A stretch of DNA of 64,000 bases from Felis catus (Eukaryota): assembly GCF_018350175.1 (NCBI RefSeq), contig NC_058368.1, positions 27,902,001-27,966,000 on the forward strand. The letters are read 5' to 3'. The notes beneath the pieces were generated by a model that had not been told where the DNA came from, ran no database searches, and was given only the letters and a program-made list of their open reading frames with translations. Of this stretch, positions 51,048 to 63,811 are shown one piece after another. The translations under genes and the position numbers were made by a program. How positions within the stretch are numbered: position 1 is the first letter of the stretch; the number at the start of each line of letters is the position of its first letter.

Positions 51048-51741
51048 CTTAAGCCATTTAACAAATGAAGAAGCTGAGGCTCAGAGAGGAACAAGGGTTC
51101 ATCTAAGTTCACTAGTTATATCCAGGATATCATCTCCTGTCTCCTAAGGCTAGCTTTCCTTCCATGTGCAGTGGTTCTCTTCTATCAGACCTAAAAATTC
51201 CTGAGGCTAGCAAAAGTGGAGCTGAATTCTCGACCTGGAGTCACCTCAGGGTCAGCAAAGTCACTGCATGCAGTCTCTTCATTGGTAAAATGAGAAAAAT
51301 TGACGATTTTGCCCACTAGGTTTCCCTTCAAGTTCTAAAGTTCCATAATTTTATGAATTGTGGAGCATCCCGGAAACCTGAAGCTAAAGGAGAAGAGTCC
51401 CCCAAAACATGGTGAAGGACAAGTGTCTTGATTAATGCTTTTCATGAGGAAGACATGTTGTTTTTAATGAGAAACAGGAAGGACCTTCCAGGACCTGGAA
51501 TGGCAGATGCAACTGTTGATCCTAGGAAAAAGTTTTGGGGGACAATGGATAAAGATGGTATGGGATGTTTAAGAAAGGGGAAAAAAAATATCAGGCAGCT
51601 TTAAGCATGTCCCTAGTAAATTTAGACCATGGCATACAAAATAGCCTGTAAGTTAACAAAACTTTTCCTTAATTGGAGGTCATATATTCACTGCTTCTGA
51701 GACTTTCCCTTGCAACCTTGGGCATCTATGTCTATGGGCAA

Positions 51742-52200
51742 TGAGATAGTTAATTTCAAGTGTCAACTTGGCTGGGGTTTGGTGCCCAGTAATTTAGTCA
51801 AATACTAGTGTAGCTATTGCTATGAAGGTATTTTTTAGAAGTGATTAACATTTACAGTCAGTAGACTTTAAGCAAAGCAGATTATCCTCCGTGATGTTGG
51901 TGGCCTCTTCCAATCAGTTGAAAGCCTTACAAAGGCTGAGGTTTCCTGAAGAAGGAATTTTGCCTCAAGACTGCAGTATAGAAACCTTGCCTGAGTTTTC
52001 AGACCCTGTGGGTTTGGGACTCAAGAATGCAACATCAATTGTTAGCCGAATTTCCAGCCTGTCAGCCTGCCCTACCAATTTCAGACCTGCCAGCACCCAT
52101 AATTGCTTGAACCTGTTTCTTAAAATCTGTCTGTCTTTCTCTCTCTTTCTCTGTACACACACACTCAGTTCTGTTCCTCTGGAGAACCCTGTCTAATGTA
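51742..52200 (+). mobile_element. MLT2-type ERVL solo LTR
   Basis: tgagatagttaatttcaagtgtcaacttggctgg...caatcagttgaaagcctta...ctctggagaaccctgtctaat. Confidence 0.85.
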
Positions 52201-52499
52201 GGCAGGGTTCACAGATCAATTCTTATTTAAAGAGAAGTTAAGTGACAGACAGACTTTGGGTGATCTATTGATAAATGTGAAAAGTAGAAAAGTCTTTGTT
52301 CTGAAGTTCTCCCTGAAGAAGGCAGGGTTCATTTCTGGCTCACTGATTTATCCTTAATATCTATCTCTGTGCCTGGCACAGAGACAGCAGAGGCTCTCAA
52401 TAAATGTTTGTGAGGGAACTCACATGAGACTAATACTCGTCTGGGAATTTTGAAGGCTTGGGAGAGGGAAATAGAATACCTTGGTATCCATATGCCATA

Positions 52500-52745
52500 A
52501 TGATTAAGAACATAGAGTTCATTGCAAGGTCTAATCCCAGCTCTGCCGTTGGTAGCTGTATGACCTTGGGAAAGCTACTTAAACTCTCTTAATCTCAGTT
52601 TATCTATACAAAAAAAAATGGGTATAATAATGTGCCTGCCACAAAGGGTTTATGTGGGGCTTCTGTGATTTAATTCAAATAAAATACTCAAAACAGTGCC
52701 TGGTATCCAGTTAGCACAACAGAAGTGTTAGCTGTTATTACTATT
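52500..52745 (+). mobile_element. MIR
   Basis: aatcccagctctgcc...gctgtatgaccttgggaaagctacttaaactctct...acagtgcctgg. Confidence 0.8.
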
Positions 52746-52749
52746 ATCT

Positions 52750-53420
52750 TCTCACATTCAACAAAGAACACTCATTGTCTGCAACTGTACTAACTGCTGG
52801 ATTAAAAAAAGAAAAAAAAAGCAAGACAAAATGACAGCCTTGGAGGAAATCAATCAGACAAAATGACTAAATGCAATGTGATGAATGTGCAAAAGGCTTA
52901 TAAAGTGTTTGGGAACACAGACAGCAGCTGATTATCTAAACCACGTAGCCCATGAGGCCTTTATGAAGGAGGGAAAAATTTAAGCTAAATCTTGAAAAAT
53001 GAATAAGAGTTCACAAGACAAAGAAGTTGGGAAAGACATTTCTCATGGAAGAGACAGCACATAGAAAAGCATAAAGGCGCAGTTTGGGAAGTGATGAGTT
53101 CTGTGTTGAGGAGAAACGTCCAGAAAGAAATATTCAGTAGGAAAATGGCAAGAGGGTTTAGAGCTCAGAAGGAGGTAGAGGCTGAAGGAATGAATCTGGA
53201 AGTTACGGTGTCAGCAAATTTGTTCCAGCAGTTGTGAACCGTGTGCAAGAATGAGCATGTGGGTGAGAAAATTCAGAGATCTCCAAGGATCATGGTGTTT
53301 AAGGAGCAGTGGGGATGTGATATACTTGAAACAGAATTAGAGAGGTAGCAAGGAGACCCAGAAGAGAAGAGTACCACGGAAGCTGAGAAAGAACATTCCA
53401 AGAATGAAGGAATGCTGATC
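52750..53420 (-). mobile_element. L2 fragments
   Basis: cattcaacaa...tgggaacacag...aaatcttgaaaaatgaataagagt...ggaagagacagcac. Confidence 0.6.
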
Positions 53421-53702
53421 TTCTCTCTGTCACTATGGATTTGCCTTCCATAGAAGTGGAATAATACGTAGTCTTGTGTCTGGCTTCCTTCGCTTAGCAT
53501 AATGTTCTGAAGTTTCATCTATGTTGTAGCAGTATTTTATTCCTTTTTTGGGGCTGAATAATTTCCCAAAGCCACATTTTGTTTATCCATTCACCAGTTA
53601 ATGGTCATTACTGTTGTTTCCACTTTGTCTATTATGAATAACGCTGCTATGAATATTCATGTACAAATTTTTGTGTGAACATATGTTCTTAATTCTCTTG
53701 AG
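53421..53702 (-). mobile_element. L1 3' fragment (L1MB/MC-like)
   Basis: tgtgtctggcttccttcgcttagcataatg...tttatccattcaccagt...tgctatgaatattcatgtacaa. Confidence 0.85.
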
Positions 53703-54366
53703 TCCAGCAATTGGAGATTAGCTAAATAATATAATAAATTACTATGTAACCGTCAAAAAGAAGGGTATAGAGTTGTATATGTTCATATGGACAGAATCAT
53801 TAAATGAAAATACAGGGTACAATGTGTATTGAATAAACCCTTTTTTATAATTATAGACAAATGAATAAATATGCAAAAAAAAAAAAAGAATGAGGAGATG
53901 CTAGAAGGAAAGTGATTGTTTCAAGTCGTATCTTGTCCCTAATACAGACTTTGCCAACATGCAGATGTTTTTAGAACATTCAGAAAGAGATGCACCAATG
54001 TGCTTATGTTAAGAAGAAAACAACAGACAAAAAACCCTCACTAATTACATAGCTTCAAGGTAATCTTATTTCACCTCTTTGGTAAGGTTTCCATGAATGT
54101 GCAATTAAGATAATTGCCAGTAACTGTGTGAATTTAGTCAAAGCAGGAAGTATGCTGTTCTAGAACTTGTGTGGGTGCAATTAAAAAATAAAAAAGGAAA
54201 ACATCTGTTAATGCTCTTGAAGAACTTCCAGTGCTTTCAGTCCTAAGTTATCACCCCCCAAATTGCCACTAATCCTGGCTTTGTCCCCACACAGCCATCT
54301 ATTCCCATTTACCTACTTTCCTTTTGTTTTGTGGAAATCTTTCCCAAACAAATGCTTCTCTAATCT

Positions 54367-54848
54367 GTTATATTGGTGGCCTCCAATGAAGCTTGCTTCC
54401 AGGGTTCACACCTTGGGGGGGTCCTCTCCCCTGGAATCTGGATTGGCCTGTGACTCACAATACCAATAAAATGTGGCCAATAAAATGTGGCCACCGTGAA
54501 AGTGACAATGAGCCAGTTCTGTGCCTAACCCTTAAGAATGTCTGACAGCTTCTACTTTTGGGCTCTCCAGAGCCCTAAGCCACCATGTAAGAAGACTGGG
54601 AGCTCTGCTGAAGAGACCACCTGGAGAAGCCGCGGAGAGAGGTCATGCGAAGAGAGAGACGTCCTGAGATCCCAGCTATCCAGCATCCTTCTAGACCTAG
54701 TGACTCAGTGTAGCCAAGCAGCCACTGAAAGGACCAACAGGGGAGCTGCCCAGCTGAACCCTGCCCAGTTACTGAATCCTGGGCAAAAAAAAAACCCTTA
54801 AGCCAGAAGTTTTGGGATGATTTTCTATGCAGCAGTAGGTGACCAAAA
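54367..54848 (+). mobile_element. MLT1 (F/G/H-like) LTR
   Basis: cctggaatctggattggcctgtgact...gccaccatgtaagaag...ctgcccagctgaaccc...tatgcagcagtaggtgac. Confidence 0.75.
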
Positions 54849-55305
54849 GGAATAACTGGTCTTTGTCTGGGAGAGGTGTAAGGAATTTTGAAGGGATGTA
54901 AATAACCTTACCCCGAAGGGTTAAGGACCAACTTCTTCATGTTGCAAGTAGGTCCTTCCCTAATCAGCCCTTTCATATCACTGGGAGAGAGACGGAGATG
55001 GTTAAAAGTCAGGTGAAGCAAGAGCTTGAAGGGAATTCACCTCCTTCAGCCCACACTTTTTTCATCAAAGCAGCATCCCTTTTTCCATTAAAGCTGTAGA
55101 TCTCAAGTTTTTCTCGCCATCTGCTGTTTCCGTGTGTGTGCCTGCTGAAGATACTCAAGTACATGTTCATTCCCTGGAAAATCCCCTTACCTACCTTTCC
55201 AGCTTGACTATTCCCCTGGAACCTACTGTCCTACGGGTGTTCCCTCTCGTCTTCTTTTTACCTTCTCCATCCCGTGGACCGTCACAGTCCCTGTGTCTCT
55301 TGGAC

Positions 55306-55487
55306 GCTGGTTCTCGAAGCGTGCACAATGGGCCGGCAGCACCAGCAGCTCCTGGGAATTTATTAGAAATGCAGTTTTAGATTCTACCTCAGACCTACTG
55401 AAGCAGAAACTCTGGAGACAGGGCTTCTGATGTTTTAACAAGCCCTCTCGGTGATTTCTAACATACACCAGCGTTTGAAAGCTACAG
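55306..55487. mobile_element. MER5A
   Basis: tggttctcgaag...ttattagaaatgcag...cagacctactgaagcagaaactctgg...ttttaacaagccctc. Confidence 0.85.
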
Positions 55488-55495
55488 GCCTAGAG

Positions 55496-55827
55496 CACAG
55501 GTCAGCAAACTTTTTCTGTAAAGTGCCGGAGAGGAAATAATTCAGACTTGGCGAGCCTTATGGTCTCTGTTGCGGCCATTCAACTCTGCTATTATAACAT
55601 GAAAGCAGCCACAGACAATACGTAAACGAATGAGCACAACTGTGTTCTAATAAGATCTTACTTATGGGTGCTGATATTCGAGTTTCATACAGTTTTGATG
55701 TCTCACAAAATATTGTTATTCTTTTAATGTTTTTCAAAACTGTTTAAAAAAGTGAAAATTATTCCTAGCTCAAAAAAGCAGTCAGTAGACTGAGTATGGC
55801 CCGCAAGCCTGAGTTTGCAAACACTTG
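55496..55827 (-). mobile_element. MER58B
   Basis: ggtcagcaaactttttctgtaaag...aaagcagccacagacaatacgtaaacgaatgagc...agtttgcaaacacttg. Confidence 0.85.
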
Positions 55828-56446
55828 CCTTAGAACATCTCTGGTTTGCTCTTACTCAAGATGCCTTTGGCTGAGGCATCCACCTTTAGTTCAGCAATCT
55901 TTTCTTATTGAGGCCCCCGGGGTGATTACTTCCACGCTCTAGGCCGTTGGTCTTCTCTGAAGCCATGTCTTAAGGAAATGGCTCCAACTGGGCCTTGGGA
56001 TCGAAGAAGAGGTCTGTGTATGGCCCTCAGCCAGGGCCTTCCTTCTCCATGAGAACTTACTCAACCTCAGGTCAGCCTTAATGGGGGTGGATTCGGGCCA
56101 CTCTGCTCCCAACAGACTGACGGTATAGTCCATGCTGAGCTGGGCCCCCCACCGACCCCAGTAAACCAGAAATAAGGAGTAGAGATGACCTCTCCAGAGC
56201 CATTCCAGGCAGGGATGATCTTGGACCAGGCCACATCCCTCTAGGTACTCCCCTCTAGAGCTGTGCTCCCAGGACTGAGTGCTCCCAGGACTGAGTGCTG
56301 GAATCACAGTTGTTTGTTTAGTGCCACTCCAAATCACATCTTCCGAGTGGGCTAGGGAACGAGAAAAATGTGTATCTTGGCACAGTTGACAGAAAGCACA
56401 CAGGGAACTGTGGGCTGGGAAGGGAGTAAGCGTTACAGTCTTCTAA

Positions 56447-56669
56447 TTTAAAATTTTTTTTAATGTTTATTTTTGAGAGAGACAGACAGACAGACACAGA
56501 CAGGGTGTGAGCTGGGGGAGGGGCAGAGAGAGGAGGAGACACAGAATCCGAAGCAGGCTCCAGGCTCTGAGCTTCCAGCACAGAGCCCGATGCAGGGCTC
56601 GAACTCACAGACCGTGAGATCATGACCTGAGCCAAAGTCACTCAACCGACTGAGCCACCCAGGCGCCCC
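56447..56669 (-). mobile_element. SINEC_Fc
   Basis: Ends caggcgcccc; TSD cagtcttctaa. Confidence 0.94.
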
Positions 56670-57319
56670 AGCAGTCTTCTAACTTTAAAAGAAAAAATAA
56701 TAACACTGAGTCCTGCGGCTCCCTGGAATATGACGTCATTCGTCTCCCCTTCTCTTGCCCACCCCCCCCCCCACCAGGGAAAGCACAGATACCGTAACAG
56801 CAACCGGTGTTTATTTTCCCATGCTGCACCCAGTCACACACGCTTGCAGCCATTACACAGCTTCCTCCGTCTCTGCCACTGCTCTAGGATTTGTAGTGCT
56901 TCCAGACTCCAGTGCTAAATGGCAAGCAGATGGAAATTTTTTTTTTTTGTACCATTAACAGAGGCAAACCATTTCAGGGCTCCTCGTTTCTGGCAAAGCT
57001 GTTGTTGTTGTTGTTGTTGTTATGGACGTAAAGCAGAAAGGTGATGACTTGGTGAACTTCTTTTTCTGCTTCAGAATCAGAACAGAATCCCTCTCCTGAA
57101 AAAGATCAGGAACACAGTGCGTGTATCATTGTATACAAGGTTTTCCAGATGGAGCTCAGTGGGAGCCCTTCACTGGGGTCCAGGGCTGCAGCCTGAGCAA
57201 AAGAGTGGCTTCCTACCCAGAGACCGCATCACGCTGCATGGGAGAGAAGTAGGGATGGGGGGCTGGAATGACGGGGACCGTGTCCTCCTTAGCACTGACC
57301 ATGAATGGGGCACTCTGCA

Positions 57320-57905
57320 CAAGGGATGATGAAATAGAGGCACGGAGAGATCAGGTAGCTCATCAAGGTCACCCAGTGAAGTGGCCAGAACCAATGGCAG
57401 GTCCAGGTGTATTTGGTTCCATGTTCCTTCAACCACTCCATGGCTCCCCCCTCTCCAGCACCCACTAGTCCTAATTAGCCCATGTCCTAATACTAGTACT
57501 TCAGGGTGCCACGCGCCACATGTTGTTCTAAGCACCCCACATAATTAACTCGTTTAGTCCTCATCATGGTATAGTAGACACCATTATTATCCAAATTGAC
57601 CTGAGAGGCAGCTGAAGTGCAAAGTTAGCAAGTAGCTCAGTCACCATCTGAACCCAAGCCCACTGGCTTTAGACGCTTGCTCTCAACCACTGCACTACGA
57701 GGCTCGGGAATGAGACAGAAGGCTAGAATCCTTGGTTAGCTGTGTGATCTTGGGCAAGCTATGTAATATCTCTAACCCCAGCTCTTTTATTTGTAACATG
57801 GGCTCAACAGGGTGTTAGCAGCAACAAGTAAGTGAACTGTCCCCTAATAGCCTACTTGCCAGGCAGGTAGCAGATGCTTTGATAAGTGGATGCTGTTATT
57901 TATTA
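57320..57905. mobile_element. Cluster of three MIR fragments
   Basis: gatgatgaaatagaggcacggagag; gtcctcat...tgaaccca; tagctgtgtgatcttgggcaag. Confidence 0.65.
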
Positions 57906-57959
57906 TTACAGAATCCATCCAGGCTAAAGAGAGAGAACCACGGACTTATAAATCTTTTT

Positions 57960-58860
57960 TAGCGATGTTTTTCTACGGAAGAAATACGTGTACACTATAG
58001 AGAATGCAGACGAGAATGAAGAAGGCAGCAGCCTCCAAATTCCAGCAGTATAAGATTAACTATATGCTTTTAATATATATCCTTCTGATGTTCTTCGATG
58101 CATATATATGCAGTTATTCTTAGAAGGTTGAGATTATACTCTACATTATGCGGTACACTAAATTGTGTATTATGACCGTATTTCTACATCATTAGATCTT
58201 CTTCTACAGTGTCATTTTGAAAAAAAAAAAAGATACAGTTTGCACTGAAGGGTGACACTGTAATTTTTCCACTCAGTTCTTTATTGTTGGGTATTCGGGT
58301 GGCTTGCAGTTTCCCCCTATTTTTTATAATAAGTAAGGCTTTATAATAAGTAAGGCTTTTATAATAAGTAAGGCTTTGATGAAAATTCTTAAGTATAAGA
58401 ACACAGCCTTTCACAGCATTTGGTACTTAAGGGTCCCATCTGAGACCTGCATTTGAGTCCCTTTCTGGCTACGTATTTGCCACCTAACCTTAACAAGTTA
58501 TTTGCCCTTTTTGAGGTTCAGTTTTTGCACTGGTGATCGAAGACAGCAATGCTTACAATGTCTTAGTAACCACCTCAGAAAATGACTGTAAGGATTAAAT
58601 TGAGAGACTCGGCATAGACCCCTAGTGTGTACCTGTCAGGTCAAATGATATGCGTATTTTTGAGATGCAGGATAAAATTGCTCTATTACTTTCCAGAAAG
58701 GTTGAGCTATTTTTATCCCTGCCAGGAGTGTAAGACAGTACCCGTTTCCTTAGAAACTTGATAACGTTGAATATTAACATAAAAAAAAAAAACTCTGCTA
58801 ATTTGATTGGCAAAGAACATTTCAGTGCTGTTTTAATTTACATTTCTGATCATGTGGATT
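57960..58860 (-). mobile_element. Old L1 (L1ME-like) fragments with an internal MIR
   Basis: ggcttgcagtttcccc..tataat...gggtc...aaattgctct..ccagaaaggtt...ctgctaatttgattggcaa...ttttaatttacatttc. Confidence 0.6.
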
Positions 58861-58863
58861 TTT

Positions 58864-59078
58864 TTAAAATGTTAATTTTTTGAATGTTTATTTATTTTTG
58901 AGAAAAAGAGACAGAGTGTGAGTGGGGGGAGGACCAGAGAGAGAGATAGAATCTGAGGCAGGCTCCAGGCTCTCAGCTGTCAGCACAGAGCCCAACATGG
59001 GGCTCGAACTCATGAACCGTGAGACCTTGACCTGAGCTGAAGTTGGACGCTCAACTGACTGAGCCACCCAGGCGCCCC
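58864..59078 (-). mobile_element. SINEC_Fc
   Basis: Perfect TSD tgatcatgtggattttt at 58847-58863 and 59079-59095. Confidence 0.95.
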
Positions 59079-59899
59079 TGATCATGTGGATTTTTAAATA
59101 AATGTGTACCTATGTGAGTCCCGTGGTTCTACTGCCTGAGGAAAGAGAATGCCAAGAGTGACTAGAAATACTCAAAATGAAGGATGGCAAGGAGTTCTAA
59201 GATATGCAGCTGAAGGGGAGAGGCCAGTCTTGGAAGAATAACACTTCGTACACATATAAACTGTGCCTCCAGAGACCTGGCCTCCTATTGGTCTCTTTAC
59301 ATGGGGTTTCCTGGGAATTTGAGGCCCCCCAAATCCAACACTGGGGTTCTTGAGTCTCCGTTGGAGGATGGACGAGGGAGATGAACCTGTTCTTCCCAAA
59401 TGATTTGCCGCAAGCCTCCTAACCTGGCCCTGCTTCCTGTATGGCAGGGGCATCAGCTCCCACAGCCTCTGTTTCTGGTGCCCTTGCCTCCCATGGCCAC
59501 AGGCATGGAGTGGAGAAGCAGCAGGACAGGTCTCTCATCTGCTTGATGATGCGATTCCTCTGGAAACTGTCGAGGAGAAAAGGCAAGCCAACTTTTGTCA
59601 ATTAAGGAGCAGAAAAACTCTGGGAGTGAGTCCTTGGCTCTTTTTCATGACTTAATTCCAGCTCAGAGGAAAATAAATAAGCAGGGTATGGAAACAGGGC
59701 TGAACCGAGCCTTTATGAATCTATGTCACCGGACTTCTAGGATGTCACCCACACCTACACACGAACGTCAGTGAAAGATACATTCAATTCTGCCAAGCTC
59801 ATCTACTGATTTATTTATTGCCTGAGGTCTTTTGCAGTGCACTCCTTACTCTGACCCCGAACCAGAGCTACACTGATTCAGTCAGTCATGCCTGGTGCC

Positions 59900-60830
59900 C
59901 ACTTGCAAGATCACTCTCCCTACATTACTGGTGGACAGGCCCCAGTATCCTCTTAGTCTCCCAGGACATTCCGGCACTCTCAAAACACCACCTTTTGGCA
60001 GAGGAAGCCAATAAACTCCCTTTAAGTGACAGATTCCCCTTCCTTGCTTTTCTCCATTGTCCCCAAGGAAAAATCTCCTGCCACCTGTTGCCCCAAGGTT
60101 TCCTCTGACCAGTTTCTCAGGTCTTTGACCTCATTTGTCCCATTTGTTTGTCTTGCCACCTCCCTGTTCACCGCCAACAGCCTGACTACCCTTAGGCCTT
60201 TCCAATTTTACCTCCCAAACATCAAGTCTCCTCATCTCTGATCATCAGCACTCTCACCTTCTGTCAAGCTGCCATCATTGCTCCCCAGGACTCGTGAAAC
60301 TTTGGTTTCCACATTGTTAGTCTCCTCTTCAATTCGTTCTTCCCACCATGCTGGGAGATCTTAAAGTACTTCCCATTGGCTTCCTGTTGCTTTTAGGAAA
60401 GTTGCGAGGCTTCCACACTAGTCCCCGTGCACATCTTTAGCTTCATCTCACAGCCCTTATTCCCTTGGTGTCTGCCACCCTGACCGTGGCCATCTTTCAG
60501 TTTCTTGGACCATCCCGGTGCCCTCCTGCCTCTGCATCCTTCAGATCTCTACCCAAAAGTCACTTCCTCTCAAATGTTCTTCCTCACCTCCGTGACCAAG
60601 TCAAACCCCACACGTGTTCTTAGCCCTCCGTGTCATTTGTCTGGCATGGGTTCTTTCACAATTCATAAATTTACATTTTGTGTAATTATTTAACTTATCT
60701 CGCAGCCAATTAGACTCTGAAATAGGTGAAGGAAGAAGCATGGTGTTCTTACTACTATATTTCAAGCACACGTTTGGCATATAGTAAATAATCAGTAGAT
60801 GTTTTAATTAAAATAATGAACGAAGAAATG
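59900..60830 (+). mobile_element. L2 3' fragment
   Basis: ccaattttacctcccaaacatc...ttggcttcctgttgc...tagactctgaa...ggcatatagtaa...taatgaacgaa. Confidence 0.7.
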
Positions 60831-61317
60831 ATTTAACAAGGACCGGGTAGTTTTCTCAAGAAATGCTAAGACTTTTCCTCAGGAATAGAACACATTCATC
60901 TATGTATGTAGGAATCTTCTTGGTTTTGTCACATTTAGGTAACATGACCAAGGAGGCATTTATCTTTGGGGTTCAATGAATAGGGGGAAGCACCACAGTT
61001 TCTATTCTTATGTGCCAATTTTGTACATTATTATAATGATTTAGTGTGGGCATGGTTTAGGATAATATAATAAATGTGTTTAATTAATTTACTTCTTCTC
61101 CAACACCTCCTACCCTTAACTCACCCAACCAGCACTTGTCACAGATTTATGCGGGGACCATTTCAGCACTACAGAGACAGGCTGTATCTTGCCGCCCCCA
61201 TCATCGATCACTAGAAAGGTGTTTCTGTCTTTGTCATTACTTTGATGGTTCTCAGGAGTATTGGTCAGGTAGTCCATAGTATGCCCCTCAATTTGTGTTT
61301 GTCTGATGTTTTCTTTA

Positions 61318-61338
61318 TTTTTTTTAAATGTTTATTTT

Positions 61339-61398
<60 letters not shown>

Positions 61399-61500
61399 CC
61401 CAAGCACATTTCATGGGGATCAAACCCACGAACCATGAGATCATGACCTGAGCTGAAATAAAGAGTTGGACACGCAACCAACTGAGCCACCCAGTAGCCC
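61318..61500 (-). mobile_element. Can-SINE, internally shortened, with long (GA)n
   Basis: tgtttattttatttgagagag...catgagatcatgacctgagctgaa...gagccacccag. Confidence 0.9.
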
Positions 61501-61516
61501 TTTCTTTCTTTCTTTT

Positions 61517-61580
<64 letters not shown>

Positions 61581-61583
61581 TTT

Positions 61584-61639
<56 letters not shown>

Positions 61640-61640
61640 T
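61501..61640. repeat. (TTTC)n tetranucleotide microsatellite
   Basis: Directly visible, about 140 bp with a few interruptions. Confidence 0.97.
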
Positions 61641-61738
61641 CATTGAAATATATTTGACATATAGTAATGTGTAAGTTTAAGGTATACAATATATTGATTT
61701 GATATATATTGCAATATGATTGCCATTGCAGCTTTAGC
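61641..61738 (-). mobile_element. Short L1 3' end
   Basis: attgaaatatatttgacatat...gtgtaagtttaaggtatacaa...tgcaatatgattgccatt; same type as 9187-9532. Confidence 0.75.
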
Positions 61739-63811
61739 TGGGTAAAGGTTATACAGGAACCTCTCTAATATCTTTGCAACTTTCTAATAAATATAAAATC
61801 ATATTAAAATACATTTTAGTTAAAATTAAAGATATTTTTTTCATTTGTAATAATTCTTACCCATATACATAGGTAAGAATTGAGCATATGGATGTTTTAG
61901 AAACGTGTGCTGTATTTCCTCCAAGCTTTCTGGTTGGAATATGATCCTTTCTCCATCCATGTATTCTAATCTTACTTAAATTTCTAGGTCCAGCTAAAGT
62001 TCTATAAGAATAATCATCCTCTTTCTAGAGTAAGTACCATGTGCCAAACAAAGTGCTGAGCATATTACATGTTATTTAATTTCATCCTTAGTACATGGTG
62101 GAGTGGGTATCATTTTCCCTGTTTTTACAATGAGTGAGAGAACCAAAGCTTAGAGACTGAATAACTCATTAGCATCATCTAGCGTGCTCCAAAATCATAC
62201 ATTTAATCTCACTGTGCCCTGCTGCCTCCATTTATCCCAGGAAGCAATTCTTGGTCAATTTTAGTCTTAGTGACCCTCTCTTCTGAATTGCTGAACTTCC
62301 TTCTGGCTGTGACACTCAACTCCAGATTTTATTACATTATGTGCTAATTTGTTGGGGCTCCCTGTAGACTCCCCTTGCCTCCCCATTTCTCCTCGTGCAG
62401 TACACGAGTGATGGCTAGCACCCTTGATAGTTTGCTTACCCCCCACCATGGATGGAGAAGTGGAAAAAATGGAGCAGGAGTTCATTGGGGGAACAATCTA
62501 CATGAGAAGGATGGCTGAGGGCACATCCTATAACAAATGGGGTGCCCAGTGAGGCAGTCAAGCCTTTGGAAGTATTATGATAGTTTTGTTCACATTTGCA
62601 CATGTCCCAAGCAAGCTGAATAATCATAAAAGGAAGTGTTGCATCCACGGAAAAGGCAAGCAATGGGCTCCTTTGAAAATAAACAACATGCATCTTATCG
62701 ATGGGATGGCATTTGGCAAAATAGAAAAACATATGCTGTGGTGGTGAGTGTTAAAATAACAAACCACAGCCCAAACCAAGCATAACAAACCAAGCAGCTT
62801 GGTTTCTCTTAATTACAAGTTGTTACAGCTCTTTTCCTTTCTCGATTGTGAGCCTCGATCCTAATTGTCTCACAGACTTGTATGAGGAGGCTCTTCAGCC
62901 TGTATTTACATCATCACCCATGCACCATCACATTGTCTTGCTAACCAGTTTTCCTTGCACATGCTTGCTGGGTTTGGTTTGTTTTGTGTTTTTAATTGTA
63001 TGTCCCACGGCTTAACTAACTTTTTCTTCGGATTCAATCCAAATTCCTAGCTGTGCTTCTGGTCATGAAGCCGCCCTCTCTCAAATCCTTTAGGTTGCAA
63101 TCATCAGGCTAACTTGCTTTCCCTCTCAGGCACTGTGAATGAGACTTACTCCTCTGAATCCATTTTCGGAAAAGCAGGTCAAAGTCATCAAGAATAGACT
63201 TCCTGAGTGGTGACTTTCTGTCTCGCCATTCATCACTTCCTCGTGAACAATGGGAAAATAAATTTCATGTGACTCTAGGCAGGTATCAAGCAAGATCCTC
63301 TGTTGAGTCCTGGGAGGATATAGGCAATTTTATGGAACTGGAAAAAAAAGAAATTTTCCATTTTTCAACCCTGAGATTCCTCCTTTCATTTTAAAATCGC
63401 AATTGCTTCCACTTTTATCATTTCAGTAAATCCTAGGAAATGATTCTGAGGAGTTATTTGTGTAGTTTGAAGACAGAAGAGTGCTCCAGTGAGTAAGGGA
63501 CAGAAAGGGGTGTTCCTAGTCCAACAGCAGTCTTTTCTCAGAAGTAACTCCTACCCTGTGAGTTGGATTTATTAAACCAGAGGTTATGGCATAGGAAAAA
63601 GTAATGAGCCATGTGGACCCGTTAGTTCTAAATTGCTTTCACCTAATTGTGACTCAGCTCCACAGGATGAAAAATCATCTGGCTACAGCCCATAATCAAG
63701 AGATATTCACACTACAAAAGAAAGTCTCTAAAGGGTCACCCCGGACTTGACTTGTAATTATTTCCAAAAGGCGTTTGAAAGCTCTGGCAGAGATTTTGAC
63801 TTAAAATTAGT

